DNA of 64,000 nt from Candidatus Planktophila sp. Its GTDB lineage: Bacteria > Actinomycetota > Actinomycetes > Nanopelagicales > Nanopelagicaceae. The notes under the pieces were generated by a model. That model was not told the DNA's origin. It ran no database searches and saw only the letters and a list, made by a program, of their open reading frames with translations. The stretch covers positions 8,856 to 72,855 of the forward strand of contig JBMOET010000001.1 of the NCBI GenBank assembly GCA_049314595.1. Reading direction: 5' to 3'. Position 1 is the stretch's first letter. Each line of letters begins with the position of its first letter. Position numbers and translations under genes: made by a program. Below, one piece after another: positions 1 through 9,949 of the stretch.

Positions 1-810
1 TAAGGCAACTGCTGACTGCGCAGTTGATCCACTTGCTAGCCCATAAGCAAAAGTTCCAACAAAGGCATCTCCAGCCCCAGTTGTATCGACAGCCTTTACT
101 GTAGGTGCACTCACGCGTGTTAATTCCCCAACTTCACTTATTAATACTGCGCCCTGTGAACCTAGCGTCACGATTGAACTCTTGCCGGCTCTAAAACTTA
201 CAAGATTCTTCTCTTCACTGGATTCAGTACCAGTGAGCGCCTTAAACTCAGTCTCATTGGGGATCAACCAGTCAGTGACTGCAAGCAATTGCTCACTTAA
301 AGTTTCAAATGGTGCTGGATTTAAAATAGTCACGCAACCTCGAGCCTTAGCGGCAGTGAAGGCGGCAAGAGTTACCTCCTGTTTTATCTCACACTGAGCG
401 ATAACTACTGCCAAATTTGTAATTGAATTAATAGCAAGAACAGCCTTTGAAATCTCAATCTCATGATTTGCGCCAGGAATAATAATAATTCGATTTTCGC
501 CATTGCCATCTACCCAAATATGAGCGACGCCCGTTGGGCTTTCACTTCGCTCCAAATAATCAGTATTAATACCGACCGCTGAAAAATTAATGGCAATTGA
601 ATCGCCGAATAAGTCACGGCCTAGCTTGCCAATGAAGTGGACTTCGGCTCCGCAGTGGGCGGCGATAACGGCCTGGTTAGCGCCTTTGCCACCAAAGCCG
701 GTGGTGAAAAGCTGGCCGACTAGCGTTTGTCCAGCTTCAGGCACTACATCGGCATATGCCGTCAAATCCATCATGGCGCTGCCAACTACGGCTATAACTG
801 ATTTACTCAT
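1..810 (-). CDS. rbsK: Ribokinase (PfkB family), 3' end runs off the window
   Basis: Not in the ORF track. Manual translation from ATG at 810 gives MSKSVIAVVGSAMMDL...GFGGKGANQAV...ILNPAP...LIPNETE...VDTTGAGDAFVG, containing both PfkB signatures. Confidence 0.93.
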   Translation of the reverse strand, partial: MSKSVIAVVGSAMMDLTAYADVVPEAGQTLVGQLFTTGFGGKGANQAVIAAHCGAEVHFIGKLGRDLFGDSIAINFSAVGINTDYLERSESPTGVAHIWVDGNGENRIIIIPGANHEIEISKAVLAINSITNLAVVIAQCEIKQEVTLAAFTAAKARGCVTILNPAPFETLSEQLLAVTDWLIPNETEFKALTGTESSEEKNLVSFRAGKSSIVTLGSQGAVLISEVGELTRVSAPTVKAVDTTGAGDAFVGTFAYGLASGSTAQSAVAL

Positions 811-815
811 GACGC

Positions 816-822
816 TAGGCTA
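816..822. promoter_or_regulatory. Symmetric bidirectional -10 element (TAGGCTA) for leaderless rbsK and nucleoside hydrolase
   Basis: TAGGCT on + lies 7 nt before ATG 829; TAGCCT on - lies 6 nt before ATG 810. No Shine-Dalgarno (SD) on either side. Confidence 0.7.
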
Positions 823-828
823 TCGGGT

Positions 829-1782
829 ATGAATAAAACTTCAATGATTCTAGATGTTGATACCGGAGTCGATGATGCATTTGCCGTTCTATTTGCTGCA
901 ATGCATCCATCCATCAAGCTTTTGGGTATTACCTGTGTGGATGGCAACACCAATGTCGATCAAGTAGTTGCCAATACATTGAAAGTTCTAGATGCCGCAG
1001 GGGCTGGCGATATCCCTGTAGCTCGCGGGGCAGTACGTCCTTTATTAGGTGAATCCAAGTATGCCGAATATGTTCATGGCGCCGATGGCATGGGCGATCT
1101 CGGCATAACACCATCACAACGCACAGTGGATAAGCGCTCGGCAGTTGAGCTATTGCGTGATCTGATTGAGCAATCAGATGAGCCAGTAACCCTTGTTCCC
1201 TTGGCACCACTTACAAATATCGCGCTGTTCCTGCGCGCCTTTCCGGAGACGGCAAAGAAACTTCACCGCATAGTTTTAATGGGTGGTTCGGCATCTGCTG
1301 GAAATGCAACGGCTGCGGCAGAGTTTAATATCTGGCACGATCCTGAAGCCGCTGCAATCGTCTTTCAAAGCGGTGTACCTATCACGATGTATGGCTTAGA
1401 TGTATTCATGCGCCCTGGAGTTACACGCGCCGAGGCCGATCGACTCGTACTTTCTCAAGCACCTGCCGCTCAGTTTGGTGGCGCACTTATCCAGGCTTTC
1501 ATTGAACGGCTCGGTGTATCACCGATAACTTTGGGTGACTATGGCGCAGTAGCGACGGCGATTCATCCAGAGTTCTTTACCACCGAAATGTTTGATGTCG
1601 TAGTTGATACATCATCAGGTCCGGCGCGGGGCCAAACCATTTGTGATCGACGTGATTCGTTTCTTAAAGAGTTAGAGCCTTTAAGTTTGACTGACAGCGC
1701 CAAAGTTCGCGTTGTAATGGATCTAGATGTCGAAGCCGTCCGTCAACTATGGCTAAAAACCATTGATAAAGGCTGGTCTTAG
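829..1782 (+). CDS. Nucleoside hydrolase (IUNH family)
   Basis: N-terminal DVDTGVDDA motif, HGADGMG, AEFNIWHDPEAA. Confidence 0.93.
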   Translation: MNKTSMILDVDTGVDDAFAVLFAAMHPSIKLLGITCVDGNTNVDQVVANTLKVLDAAGAGDIPVARGAVRPLLGESKYAEYVHGADGMGDLGITPSQRTVDKRSAVELLRDLIEQSDEPVTLVPLAPLTNIALFLRAFPETAKKLHRIVLMGGSASAGNATAAAEFNIWHDPEAAAIVFQSGVPITMYGLDVFMRPGVTRAEADRLVLSQAPAAQFGGALIQAFIERLGVSPITLGDYGAVATAIHPEFFTTEMFDVVVDTSSGPARGQTICDRRDSFLKELEPLSLTDSAKVRVVMDLDVEAVRQLWLKTIDKGWS

Positions 1783-2621
1783 AGTCCTATCGGGTGCCAG
1801 ACAGTCTTAGCCTCCATAAAGGCAAGAATGCGACCAGGGTCGTGGGATTTAAAGGCGAAGATTCGCTTTAAGTTCTCAGCTCCCGCTTCGCGTATGGAGG
1901 CGTGCTTTTTAGAGGCAAGCCCTGTGATGTCAAAGCCATCGATGTCCATGTGCGATGCCATCCATGGCGCAATCTCATCTTTCTTGCCAGTTAATATATT
2001 AATAACTCCTGCAGGAACATCACTGGTTGCAACTACTTCAGCAAAACTCATAGCTGATAGCGGAGCTTTTGTACTTGCAAGGACTACGACAGTATTTCCA
2101 GAGACAACTATCGGTGCAATCACATCGATCAATCCCAATAGTGATGGAGATTCAGGTGCAATAGCTGCAACTACCCCCATACTTTCAGGAATCGTAAAGT
2201 TGTAATAAGGACCGGCAACTGGATTAAGTGCGCCAGATAATGATGAGATCTTGTCAGACCAACCTGCATACCAAACCAAGCGATCTATAGCTTCGCTCAC
2301 TTCCTTATCTGCCTTAATCTTTGTTACTCCAGTGACAGAGACAATCTCATCGACAAACTGCGCACGGCGTCCTTCGAGCATTTCAGCAAGACGATAAAGG
2401 ATCTGCCCCTTGTTGTATGCAGTGGCTTTATTCCAGCCGTGTTGTGCCGCGCGCGCGGCAACAACTGCATCTTTTAAATCTTTGCGCGATGCTAAACATG
2501 GATTAGCGATAAAAACACCTTTGGCGCTTTTAACTTCATATGTGCGACCAGATTCAGTGCGGGGAAAGGCTCCATTAATAAACAACTTGTATGTCTTCTT
2601 AACATCGATGCGATTACTCAT
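1779..2621 (-). CDS. Short aldehyde dehydrogenase-like subunit (NAD-binding domain only)
   Basis: 280 aa ALDH N-terminal fold (YKLFINGAF, WYAGWSDK) without the catalytic-Cys domain; ends KTVWHPIG. Confidence 0.85.
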   Translation of the reverse strand: MSNRIDVKKTYKLFINGAFPRTESGRTYEVKSAKGVFIANPCLASRKDLKDAVVAARAAQHGWNKATAYNKGQILYRLAEMLEGRRAQFVDEIVSVTGVTKIKADKEVSEAIDRLVWYAGWSDKISSLSGALNPVAGPYYNFTIPESMGVVAAIAPESPSLLGLIDVIAPIVVSGNTVVVLASTKAPLSAMSFAEVVATSDVPAGVINILTGKKDEIAPWMASHMDIDGFDITGLASKKHASIREAGAENLKRIFAFKSHDPGRILAFMEAKTVWHPIGL

Positions 2622-4065
2622 GTCCGACCCCCTTCAGATATGCACTTAATCCGTGTCGTCCACCTTCTCGACCCCAGCCAGACTCTTTATAACCACCAAA
2701 TGGCGATGTTGGATCAAACTTATTAAAAGTATTTGCCCAGATAACGCCGGCGCGCAACTGCTGTGTTGCCCAAAGAATTCGTGAGCCCTTCTCACTCCAC
2801 ACTCCAGCTGAGAGACCAAAGGGGGTGTTATTAGCCTTATCTATGGCCTCTTGCGGAGTTCTAAAAGTTAGTACTGAGAGCACCGGACCGAAGATTTCTT
2901 CGCGAGCTATGCGGTGGGCTTGAGTAACACCCGTAAAGATCGTCGGAGCAAACCAGAAACCTTTATTTGGTAGATCACATGGCGCACTCCAGCGCTGGGC
3001 GCCTTCGGCCTCACCGGATGCAGACAACTCAATGATTTTGGTGAGTTGCTCTTTAGAGTTAATTGCGCCCACATCGGTATTTTTATCCATAGGATCACCG
3101 ACGCGAATCTTTGCCATGCGTGCCTTTAACTTCTCTAAGACTTCATCAGCAACACTTTCTTGAAGAATCAATCGTGAGCCTGCACAACATACATGACCTT
3201 GGTTAAAGAAGATTCCGTTGACAATACCTTCTACAGCTTCATCAATTGCTGCATCTTCAAAGATTATGTTGGCCGCTTTTCCGCCCAGCTCTAAGGTGAC
3301 GCTCTTATGCGTTGATGCAACTGCACGTGCAATAATCTTGCCCACTTCAGTTGAGCCAGTGAATGCAATCTTGTCGATACCGGGGTGATTAACAATCAGC
3401 GCACCGGTCGATCCATCGCCAGTAACAATATTGACAACACCTGCAGGAAGTTCGGCCTGTTGGCAGACTTCGGCAAAGAGCAGCGCAGTCAGAGATGTGC
3501 TTTCGGCGGGTTTTAATACAACGGTGTTGCCAGCGGCAAGTGCCGGTGCCACTTTCCACGCCAACATAAGTAGTGGAAAGTTCCAAGGAATAATCTGACC
3601 TGCTACGCCATGTGGCTTGGTCGAAGTTCCAAGACCTGCAAACTCGAGCTTATCGGCCCACCCTGCATGATAGAAAAAATGTGCAGCAGCTAATGGCACA
3701 TCAACATCACGTGATTCACGGATTGGTTTTCCATTATCTAAAGTCTCTAGTACTGCAAACTCTCTAGCGCGCTCTTGCATGATTCGGGCAATACGAAATA
3801 AGTATTTTCCACGCTCTTTACCGCTCATTTTTGACCAGGTTGTTGTGTAAGCCTTGCGTGCAGCCTTTACAGCGGCATCGACCTCAGCCTTGCCCGCTAA
3901 AGCGATTTGACTTAAGACCTCTTCGGTAGCCGGGTTAATCGTTGGAAAATGCTTGCTGCCTGCAACGAACTTACCGGCAATGAAGTGGCCGTACTTAGGT
4001 TTAATCGATACGACTGCCCTTGATTCAGGGGCTGGTGCATAATCAAAGCTCACGGGCATCTCCAT
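2614..4065 (-). CDS. Aldehyde dehydrogenase
   Basis: IIPWNFPL, FTGSTEVG, LELGGK (catalytic Glu), NQGHVCCAGSR (catalytic Cys), EEIFGPV. Confidence 0.95.
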   Translation of the reverse strand: MEMPVSFDYAPAPESRAVVSIKPKYGHFIAGKFVAGSKHFPTINPATEEVLSQIALAGKAEVDAAVKAARKAYTTTWSKMSGKERGKYLFRIARIMQERAREFAVLETLDNGKPIRESRDVDVPLAAAHFFYHAGWADKLEFAGLGTSTKPHGVAGQIIPWNFPLLMLAWKVAPALAAGNTVVLKPAESTSLTALLFAEVCQQAELPAGVVNIVTGDGSTGALIVNHPGIDKIAFTGSTEVGKIIARAVASTHKSVTLELGGKAANIIFEDAAIDEAVEGIVNGIFFNQGHVCCAGSRLILQESVADEVLEKLKARMAKIRVGDPMDKNTDVGAINSKEQLTKIIELSASGEAEGAQRWSAPCDLPNKGFWFAPTIFTGVTQAHRIAREEIFGPVLSVLTFRTPQEAIDKANNTPFGLSAGVWSEKGSRILWATQQLRAGVIWANTFNKFDPTSPFGGYKESGWGREGGRHGLSAYLKGVGHE

Positions 4066-5012
4066 TAATCGATCGTTACGTATTGAGGGCTAGCGTAGTA
4101 GCCAGTATCCATTTTCATGCGCTGCATCAGTAAATCATTGATTAAAGCACTTGCACCGATGCGAAACAGTGATGGCGTGAGCCATTCAGGTCCAGCGGTC
4201 TCATTGACTAAGACCAACTGCTTGATGGCATCTTTTGTGTTTCTTATGCCTCCAGCAGGTTTTACTCCAATTCGTTTGTGAGTCATGGAGTAGAAATCTC
4301 GTACCGCTTCTAGCATTACCAAGACAACCGGGGCTGTGGCAGCAGGGGCAATCTTGCCGGTAGAAGTCTTGATGAAATCTGCGCCTGCAGCCATAGCCAG
4401 AAAGGATGCTTTACGGACATTGTCATATGTGACGAGCTCGCCAGTTTCAAAGATTACTTTTAAATGTGCACGGGTTCCACACAACTCTTTAATGGTAACA
4501 ATCTCGTTAAAGACATCGATGTAGTGGCCACTTAAAAATGCTCCACGATCGATCACCATATCAATTTCAGAGGCTCCGGCATCGAGTGCATCTTGCGTAT
4601 CGCGGATTTTTACTGGCATTGATGCACGTCCAGATGGAAAAGCAGTAGATACTGCGGCAACGCCAACGTGCTTACCACCTACTAAATCTAAATGCTTTCG
4701 CGCAGTTGCAACCATGTCGTTATAAACACAGACTGCTCCAACACTTGGAACCGTTGAATCTGTGGGATCTGGGCGTACCGCCTTGGTGCACAGCGCCTGC
4801 ACTTTTCCAACAGTATCGGCGCCTTCAAGGGTTGTTAAATCGACCATCGAAATCGCCGTATCGATTGCCCAGCGCTTTGACGTAGTTTTAATACTTCGAG
4901 TTGCCAACATTGCAGCGCGAGCGTCAGCGCCAACTTGATCGACTCCTGAGAGTGCGCCTAAGTAATTCTTCAGTGATGTATCAGTGCCATCTACTAAGCC
5001 ATAGAAACTCAC
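4065..5012 (-). CDS. deoC: Deoxyribose-phosphate aldolase
   Basis: DLTTLEG, EIDMVID, LKVIFETGEL, DFIKTSTGK, GVKPAGGIR. Start set at GTG 5012, which overlaps the upstream stop (GTGA). Confidence 0.95.
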   Translation of the reverse strand: MSFYGLVDGTDTSLKNYLGALSGVDQVGADARAAMLATRSIKTTSKRWAIDTAISMVDLTTLEGADTVGKVQALCTKAVRPDPTDSTVPSVGAVCVYNDMVATARKHLDLVGGKHVGVAAVSTAFPSGRASMPVKIRDTQDALDAGASEIDMVIDRGAFLSGHYIDVFNEIVTIKELCGTRAHLKVIFETGELVTYDNVRKASFLAMAAGADFIKTSTGKIAPAATAPVVLVMLEAVRDFYSMTHKRIGVKPAGGIRNTKDAIKQLVLVNETAGPEWLTPSLFRIGASALINDLLMQRMKMDTGYYASPQYVTID

Positions 5013-6619
5013 GACAGTAATTCCTTTAATGGAGCGCGCAGTTGATCTAGAACAGCTTGAGCCGTTACTGAATCCTGGGCAACAACTTCGATGTAGCACT
5101 TCATCTTTGCCTCAGTGCCACTTGGACGAATAATGATTCGAACATTTCCTTCAAGCCATAAGCGGATTCCATCAGTTGGCGGTAATCCATCAGTTGGCTG
5201 TGCCAGATCATCGATTGATAATACATTGCGCCCAGCGATAGATGTTGGGGAATTGGTGCGCAGAGAGCCCAGGATTACTCCAACTTTAGAAAGATCAGTT
5301 AACCGAATCGAAATCTGCTCAGTGGCGTGGAAGCCATGGCGGCCCCACACTTCATTGAGCAAGTCTTGAAGAGTTTTACCCTGTGCTGCTAAATCGGTTG
5401 CAATCTGTGCCAGTTTTATCGCCGCTGAAATTCCATCTTTATCATTGACCGTCTGTGAATCTACACAGTAGCCAAGTGCTTCTTCGTAGCCAAAGGTGAG
5501 CCCAGGGATTTTAGCTAGCCATTTAAAACCAGTAAGCGTCTCTTTAAAGTCGTGGTTATAGTGCTGAGCAATCTTGCGCAATATCGATGAAGAAACAATG
5601 GAGTTAGCAAATATGCCATGTGGAGTTGTTCGTGCAATGGTTTCTCCAAGAATTACACCTAACTCGTCACCTCGGAGCATGCGCCAGCCAGCAATTGGAA
5701 CTTTGATTGCTGCTGCGCACCTATCGGCATCTGGATCATTGGCAATAACTAAATCGGCATCAAAGGCTCTTGCCGTTTCTAAGGCTAAATCTATTGCTCC
5801 GGGCTCTTCTGGATTTGGAAATGCCACAGTTGGAAAATCAGGATCAGGTTGTGCTTGAGCATCAACTAAAATCGGTGATTGAAAACCAGCCTTATGAAAG
5901 ACGCGCAGTAAAGTCTCGGTACCAACTCCATGCATCGCGGTATACACGATTTTCAAACTTCCCGGGACAGTTGCTATCGCAGAGGTTATTGCAACGTACT
6001 TATCGATTACATCTTCACCAAGTACAGTCCACTGTGTGCCGCGAGGTTGTGCAGCAAGTGACGTGACTGCAGCTATTTTTTCAGCGATTGCCTCATCGGT
6101 GGGCGAAATAATTTGTGATCCACGGTACTCAACTCCATCTACGGTGCCACCCAAATAAACTTTGTAGCCGTTATCTTGTGGTGGATTATGGCTGGCAGTC
6201 ACCATAATTCCGACATCGCACTTCAACTCATTTGTTGCAAAAGCTAAAACCGGCGTTGGCAGTGGACGCGGTAATACTAAGACCTGCATTCCTGCCCCGC
6301 TCATGATTTCGGCAGTTTCAAAGGTAAAATCTTCCGAGCCATATCTGGCATCTCGACCAATAACTACCGATGTTAGGTTGCGCTCTCGCATGTAGGCAAC
6401 GATTCCTGCTGCAGTTCTACCCACAACTGCACGGTTCATTCCCGAAGGTCCGGGACGCACTGGTCCACGCAGGCCAGCAGTACCAAACTGCAGAAAACCA
6501 GCAAAGGAGCGCTTGAGTTCTTCCTCGTTATTAGTATCTAACCAAGTTTGAACCTGGGCAGCAGTTATCGGATCTGGATCATCAGCAATCCATTGTTGGG
6601 CTTCGGTGCGCAGATCCAT
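5009..6619 (-). CDS. Phospho-sugar mutase (PGM/PMM family; probable phosphopentomutase by context)
   Basis: FGTAGLRG, VTASHNP, DPDADR, GYEEALG, RPSGTE; lies between PNP and deoC. Start at ATG 6619. Confidence 0.9.
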   Translation of the reverse strand: MDLRTEAQQWIADDPDPITAAQVQTWLDTNNEEELKRSFAGFLQFGTAGLRGPVRPGPSGMNRAVVGRTAAGIVAYMRERNLTSVVIGRDARYGSEDFTFETAEIMSGAGMQVLVLPRPLPTPVLAFATNELKCDVGIMVTASHNPPQDNGYKVYLGGTVDGVEYRGSQIISPTDEAIAEKIAAVTSLAAQPRGTQWTVLGEDVIDKYVAITSAIATVPGSLKIVYTAMHGVGTETLLRVFHKAGFQSPILVDAQAQPDPDFPTVAFPNPEEPGAIDLALETARAFDADLVIANDPDADRCAAAIKVPIAGWRMLRGDELGVILGETIARTTPHGIFANSIVSSSILRKIAQHYNHDFKETLTGFKWLAKIPGLTFGYEEALGYCVDSQTVNDKDGISAAIKLAQIATDLAAQGKTLQDLLNEVWGRHGFHATEQISIRLTDLSKVGVILGSLRTNSPTSIAGRNVLSIDDLAQPTDGLPPTDGIRLWLEGNVRIIIRPSGTEAKMKCYIEVVAQDSVTAQAVLDQLRAPLKELLS

Positions 6620-6623
6620 GTCC

Positions 6624-7448
6624 TTAGAATAACTTTGGAATGACTGCTTTGAGAAGAGCGCCCATGCGATCGGCAGCGGCTTTTCCGGCGGCAATGACCT
6701 CTTCATGGTTGAGCTTTTCTCCAGTTACTCCAGCGGCAGCATTGGTAACTAAAGAGATTCCTAAAACTTCGGCGCCAAGTGCATGTGCAGCGATTGCTTC
6801 AGGGACCGTGGACATTCCCACTAGATCTGCGCCCATTGTTCGCATCATCAAAATCTCAGCTGGAGTCTCATACGTTGGCCCGCGCCAGTGAACGTATACG
6901 CCTTCTTCAAGAGAGGCATCCTCTTGTTTTACGATTGCGCGAATCCGCTTGCTATAAAGATCAGTTAAATCAACAAATGTTGCACCTGATAATGGTGAAA
7001 CTGCAGTGAGTGAAATATGGTCACGGATCAGGACGGGCTGTCCAACTTTATAGGCGGTATTTATTCCACCGCATGCATTTGTGAGGATCACAACTTTGGC
7101 ACCGGCTTTAACTGCAACTCGAACGCTATGTACTACGGGCTCAACGCCTTTACCCTCGTATAAGTGAGTGCGACCTAGAAAGACAAGCGCGCGTAGTTTC
7201 TTGCCTTCGGCCTCAATAATGTAGGAGCGAACTTTTCCAGAGTGTCCAACAACGGTTGGTGGTAAGAATCCAGTGAGCTCTTCGGCATTACATTCATATG
7301 CAGGTGTACCAAGTGCATCAACTGCACTTACCCAACCAGATCCCATGACTAATGCCACATCGTGGGAGGCAACCCCGGTGCGATTGGCTATTTCGGCAGC
7401 AGCTATTTCGGCAGCAGCTAATGGATCTGTATAAAGGAGTTCACTCAT
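6624..7448 (-). CDS. punA: Purine-nucleoside phosphorylase (trimeric type)
   Basis: [37 protein letters not shown]. Confidence 0.93.
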   Translation of the reverse strand: MSELLYTDPLAAAEIAAAEIANRTGVASHDVALVMGSGWVSAVDALGTPAYECNAEELTGFLPPTVVGHSGKVRSYIIEAEGKKLRALVFLGRTHLYEGKGVEPVVHSVRVAVKAGAKVVILTNACGGINTAYKVGQPVLIRDHISLTAVSPLSGATFVDLTDLYSKRIRAIVKQEDASLEEGVYVHWRGPTYETPAEILMMRTMGADLVGMSTVPEAIAAHALGAEVLGISLVTNAAAGVTGEKLNHEEVIAAGKAAADRMGALLKAVIPKLF

Positions 7449-9163
7449 CCCTCAATAATGTCACACAGTGTGGTTCCACTTGAAACCGTGGCGCCAATTA
7501 CTGCAGTGAGATTACTGACGATTCCTGACTTATGGGCCATTAACGGCTGCTCCATCTTCATCGCTTCAAGAACAATAACTAGATCTCCAACTTCAACGTG
7601 TGCACCTTCTTCAACTGCAATCTTTACAACGGTGCCCTGCATAGGGCTTGTTAAACCAGCAGAGTTAGAGGCACCTGTCATGCCAGCCTTGGCACGATGT
7701 CGCTTTACAAGAGGCTTAGGGGCATGAACCAAAATCTCAAAACGCTTACCGTTGATTTCGGTAATTAAATGCTCAGGGGCCATGTGTGATTGCAATGGCG
7801 CCGCAGTAGCTGTAAACGCCGGTATTTCATTGACAAATTCATTTTCAATATAGCTTGTGTAGATCGTAAAATTGTGTGTGTAGGCAGGGTCTTCAACAAT
7901 TGCGCGGTGAAAAGGAAGCGCAGTTGCAAGTCCGCCAACAGTAAATTCAGCGAGTGCGCGTCGAGCGCGCTCGATAGCCTGTTCGCGCGTAGCTCCAGTA
8001 ACAATTAACTTTGCAAGTAGCGAATCAAAGTTTCCACCGATAGTGTCGCCATTTTTAAAGCCAGCATCTACGCGAACTCCTGGGCCAGTTGGAATTGCCC
8101 ATTCAGTGATGCGTCCCGGTGCAGGAAGAAAAGATCTGCCTGGATCTTCTCCATTAATACGAAATTCAATTGAATGGCCACGGATTACAGGGTCATCGAA
8201 GCCGAGGGCTTCACCCATGGCAATACGAAACTGTTCGCGAACTAGATCTATGCCAGTTACTTCTTCACTGACGGGGTGTTCCACTTGCAAACGAGTGTTT
8301 ACTTCTAGAAAAGAGATAGTTCCATCGGCGCCAACAAGAAACTCGCAGGTTCCTGCACCGATATAGCCGGCCTCTTTCATGATTGCTTTACTAGAACGGT
8401 AGAGCTCTTCATTTTGAGCATCAGTCAAAAATGGCGCCGGGGCTTCTTCAACTAATTTTTGGTGGCGTCGCTGCAATGAACAATCACGAGTACTTACAAC
8501 AACTGCATGTCCATGCATATCTACAAGCACTTGAGTTTCAACATGTCGAGGTTTATCTAAGTAGCGCTCGACAAAACACTCACCGCGTCCAAAGCCTGAT
8601 ATTGCCTCACGAACTGCAGAGTCAAAGAGTTCTGGAATCTCTTCCATTGTGCGTGCAACTTTTAAGCCACGTCCTCCTCCACCATGTGCTGCCTTAATCG
8701 CAACAGGTAGGCCATGTTCTTTAGCAAAGGCAGTGACTTCGGCATGGCCTTCAACTGGATCTTTAGTTCCAGCAACCAGCGGCGCACCTGCTTTAGAGGC
8801 GATTTTTCGCGCTGAAACTTTATCTCCCAATGCACGAATCGCAGCTGGTGGGGGACCTATCCACGTTAAACCCGCATCAATGACGGCCTGGGCAAAGTTA
8901 GCGTTCTCCGACAAGAAACCATATCCAGGGTGAACTGCATCTGCACCAGACTGCAGTGCCGCTGCAATCAATTTTTCAATGTTCAAATATGTTTGCGTAG
9001 CTGTGGTGCCATGCAGCGAGAAGGCAGAATCCGCCATCTTGGTATGAATAGCATCGCGGTCTTCCTCTGAATAAACCGCAACAGATTCCAAGCCATGGTC
9101 TTTGCAAGCGCGAATTACGCGCACTGCGATTTCGCCTCGATTAGCTATAAGAACGCGCTTCAT
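7445..9163 (-). CDS. accA: Acyl-CoA carboxylase alpha subunit (biotin carboxylase plus BCCP)
   Basis: [29 protein letters not shown], biotin site EAMKM. Start at ATG 9163. Confidence 0.95.
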   Translation of the reverse strand: MKRVLIANRGEIAVRVIRACKDHGLESVAVYSEEDRDAIHTKMADSAFSLHGTTATQTYLNIEKLIAAALQSGADAVHPGYGFLSENANFAQAVIDAGLTWIGPPPAAIRALGDKVSARKIASKAGAPLVAGTKDPVEGHAEVTAFAKEHGLPVAIKAAHGGGGRGLKVARTMEEIPELFDSAVREAISGFGRGECFVERYLDKPRHVETQVLVDMHGHAVVVSTRDCSLQRRHQKLVEEAPAPFLTDAQNEELYRSSKAIMKEAGYIGAGTCEFLVGADGTISFLEVNTRLQVEHPVSEEVTGIDLVREQFRIAMGEALGFDDPVIRGHSIEFRINGEDPGRSFLPAPGRITEWAIPTGPGVRVDAGFKNGDTIGGNFDSLLAKLIVTGATREQAIERARRALAEFTVGGLATALPFHRAIVEDPAYTHNFTIYTSYIENEFVNEIPAFTATAAPLQSHMAPEHLITEINGKRFEILVHAPKPLVKRHRAKAGMTGASNSAGLTSPMQGTVVKIAVEEGAHVEVGDLVIVLEAMKMEQPLMAHKSGIVSNLTAVIGATVSSGTTLCDIIEG

Positions 9164-9762
9164 TGCATCACCTTTACCTCTGGCCATGAATAACCAAGTT
9201 GGGCCATTGCTTTACGAATAAATGGCATTGAAATACCGACAACGTTTGTATAGTCACCTTCAATGTTTGGGATAAATGGTGAACTAAAGCCATCAAGGGT
9301 AAAACCACCAGCGACATGAAGAGGCTCACCGCTAGCTACATAATCATTGATTTCATCATCGCTCATCGAATCAAAACTTACTTTTGTAGTGACAATGCTT
9401 GAAATCTCGCGATCTTTTGTCGTATCAATAACACAGTGGCCGGTATGCAGAAGTCCAGAGTTTCCTTGCACGCGCTTGGCTCTTTCTACTGCAATCTCAG
9501 GAGTTCCCGGTTTTCCCAGTGATTGGCCTTCAAATTCAAATGTGGAATCGCATCCAATTATTATGGCCGGATAATCTATCTGCTCGCGAACAGTGTGTGC
9601 TTTAGTGATTGCCAGCGCAATTACCATATCTGCAGGAGAGAGCTCATTGAAAAAATCCGTCTCTTCATCTACATGACTTACCATCACCGAAATAGTTAGA
9701 CCCGCAGATTCAAGTAATCGGCGACGCGATGACGACGCAGAAGCAAGGATAATTCTCGGCAT
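9160..9762 (-). CDS. maf: Maf-like nucleotide pyrophosphatase
   Basis: [35 protein letters not shown]. Confidence 0.92.
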   Translation of the reverse strand: MPRIILASASSSRRRLLESAGLTISVMVSHVDEETDFFNELSPADMVIALAITKAHTVREQIDYPAIIIGCDSTFEFEGQSLGKPGTPEIAVERAKRVQGNSGLLHTGHCVIDTTKDREISSIVTTKVSFDSMSDDEINDYVASGEPLHVAGGFTLDGFSSPFIPNIEGDYTNVVGISMPFIRKAMAQLGYSWPEVKVMQ

Positions 9763-9766
9763 TTAT

Positions 9767-9949
9767 CTATGAACGCGCTCTTGCGCCGAAGGTTATTTGA
9801 TGTGGAAGAGGTTGGCGTAGTTGAGGGCGGCCGTACACGCTGCGTTTTATTACTGGTACTAACTCTTCGCGTTTATGCTGGGTCATCATGGCTTCAATTG
9901 CCGCACGCTCTTCAGGGGTCGGGTCACCATGTGTGATTACAAATGTCAT
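9767..9949 (-). CDS. Acyl-CoA carboxylase epsilon subunit
   Basis: 60 aa with VITHGDPTPEERAAI (GxPTxEE motif), coupled to the beta subunit gene. Confidence 0.75.
   Translation of the reverse strand: MTFVITHGDPTPEERAAIEAMMTQHKREELVPVIKRSVYGRPQLRQPLPHQITFGARARS

Noticed and set aside
4065-6706. Long apparent overlaps from ORF-track starts (deoC 5099, mutase 6706; also helicase 33319, birA 11449, lacI 59758)
   Set aside because: These are artefacts of choosing the most upstream start. Downstream starts fit the family N-termini and the overlap, SD or -10 signals.
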